Part shown: positions 63,297 through 64,000 of the stretch, piece by piece
Numbering within the stretch: the stretch's first letter is position 1
Layout: each line of letters opens with the position of its first letter
Assembly (NCBI GenBank): GCA_963696385.1
Contig: CAVOKF010000008.1
Location: 608,001 to 672,000, forward strand
Source of the DNA: an uncultured delta proteobacterium
Lineage (GTDB): Bacteria; Myxococcota_A; Polyangia; Polyangiales; Polyangiaceae
DNA length: 64,000 nucleotides
Direction of reading: 5' to 3'
Program-made: the position numbers and the translations under genes
The notes under the pieces: model-generated
Databases searched by the model: none
Told to the model about the DNA's origin: nothing
Seen by the model: only the letters and a program-made list of their open reading frames with translations

Positions 63297-64000
63297 TCAG
63301 CCGTCGCGATAGCGATCGCGGATCGCGATGCACGCGGGCAACGCTTCGAGCAAAGCCTCGACGCAGGCGGGCTCGAAGTGGTGTCCGTTCTCGGACTTCA
63401 CCTTGGCGACCGTCTCGTCGATGGTCCAGGCCCGCTTGTAGGGCCGCACCGACAAGAGCGCGTCGAACACGTCGGCCACGGCGACGACGCGCGCGACTCG
63501 TGGAATGCTTTCGCCCCGCAGGCCGGCCGGGTAGCCTCGGCCGTCCCAGCGCTCGTGATGGCCGAGGGCCACGACCCGCGCGGTCTGCATGACGTCGGAC
63601 GGATGATCGCCGATGATCTCCGCGCCAATCGCGGAGTGGGTCTTCATCGTCTCCCACTCGGCCGCGTCGAGCGGACCGGGCTTGAGCAGGATTCGGTCCG
63701 GGATCCCGATCTTGCCGACGTCGTGCATGGGGGCGGCCTGCAGGATGACTTCGGCCTGCTCTTCGCTCATGCCGACCCGCAGAGCGATGAGGCGGGCAAT
63801 CTGACTCATGCGCACGACGTGCATGCCCGTCTCGTTGTCGCGGTATTCCGCGGCGCGCCCCAGCCGCCGGATGATCTCGAGCCGGGTCTGCAAAAGCTCC
63901 GCGGTGCGCTCCCGGACCAAGCCTTCGAGGGCGAGACTCTGGTGATGGAGCGCGATGTGGGTTCGGACCCGCGATCGCACGAGCGACGGGACGTAAGGCT
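63297..64000 (-). CDS. HD-GYP phosphodiesterase / response regulator (RpfG-like), 5' part outside the window
   Basis: ETGMHVVR, MHDVGKIGIPD, HHERWDGRGYP, ADVFDAL...RPYK. Confidence 0.9.
   Translation of the reverse strand, partial: PYVPSLVRSRVRTHIALHHQSLALEGLVRERTAELLQTRLEIIRRLGRAAEYRDNETGMHVVRMSQIARLIALRVGMSEEQAEVILQAAPMHDVGKIGIPDRILLKPGPLDAAEWETMKTHSAIGAEIIGDHPSDVMQTARVVALGHHERWDGRGYPAGLRGESIPRVARVVAVADVFDALLSVRPYKRAWTIDETVAKVKSENGHHFEPACVEALLEALPACIAIRDRYRDG

Noticed and set aside
1..64000. CRISPR array, tRNA, rRNA or integron attC array
   Set aside because: No regularly spaced repeats or RNA-gene signatures seen.

Overview
High-GC window, probably from a myxobacterium (Polyangiaceae-like; inferred from gene content and the Gly/Pro/Met-rich Ffh tail). 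About 1-55 kb is a large mosaic surface-polysaccharide locus. It holds a partial Wzc-type co-polymerase, a WecA-type initiating transferase, an AsnB-type amidotransferase, many GT4/GT2 enzymes (including double-GT4 fusions), a GT9-like gene, Wzm/Wzt, a Wzy/WaaL-like membrane protein, several methyltransferases and an acyltransferase. The locus is interrupted by a housekeeping block (ffh) and many mobile elements: one intact IS1634 with TIRs and a 6-bp TSD, a decayed IS1634, IS66/ISL3 fragments, an IS21-like ParB element, a broken large serine recombinase and a tyrosine integrase remnant. About 56-63 kb resembles a defence/TA island (SWIM-SNF2 helicase, nucleotidyltransferase pair, MNT-HEPN, tandem Uma2), followed by a partial HD-GYP regulator. 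Best candidates for an undescribed system: (i) a cassette of two paralogous GT-B-like/methyltransferase fusions, an apparently circularly permuted DUF4254-like protein, a GT9-like gene and Wzm/Wzt; (ii) the SNF2/TA/Uma2 island. Several genes carry a single +1 frameshift, which may be assembly error. All family calls are by motif recognition, without database searches.
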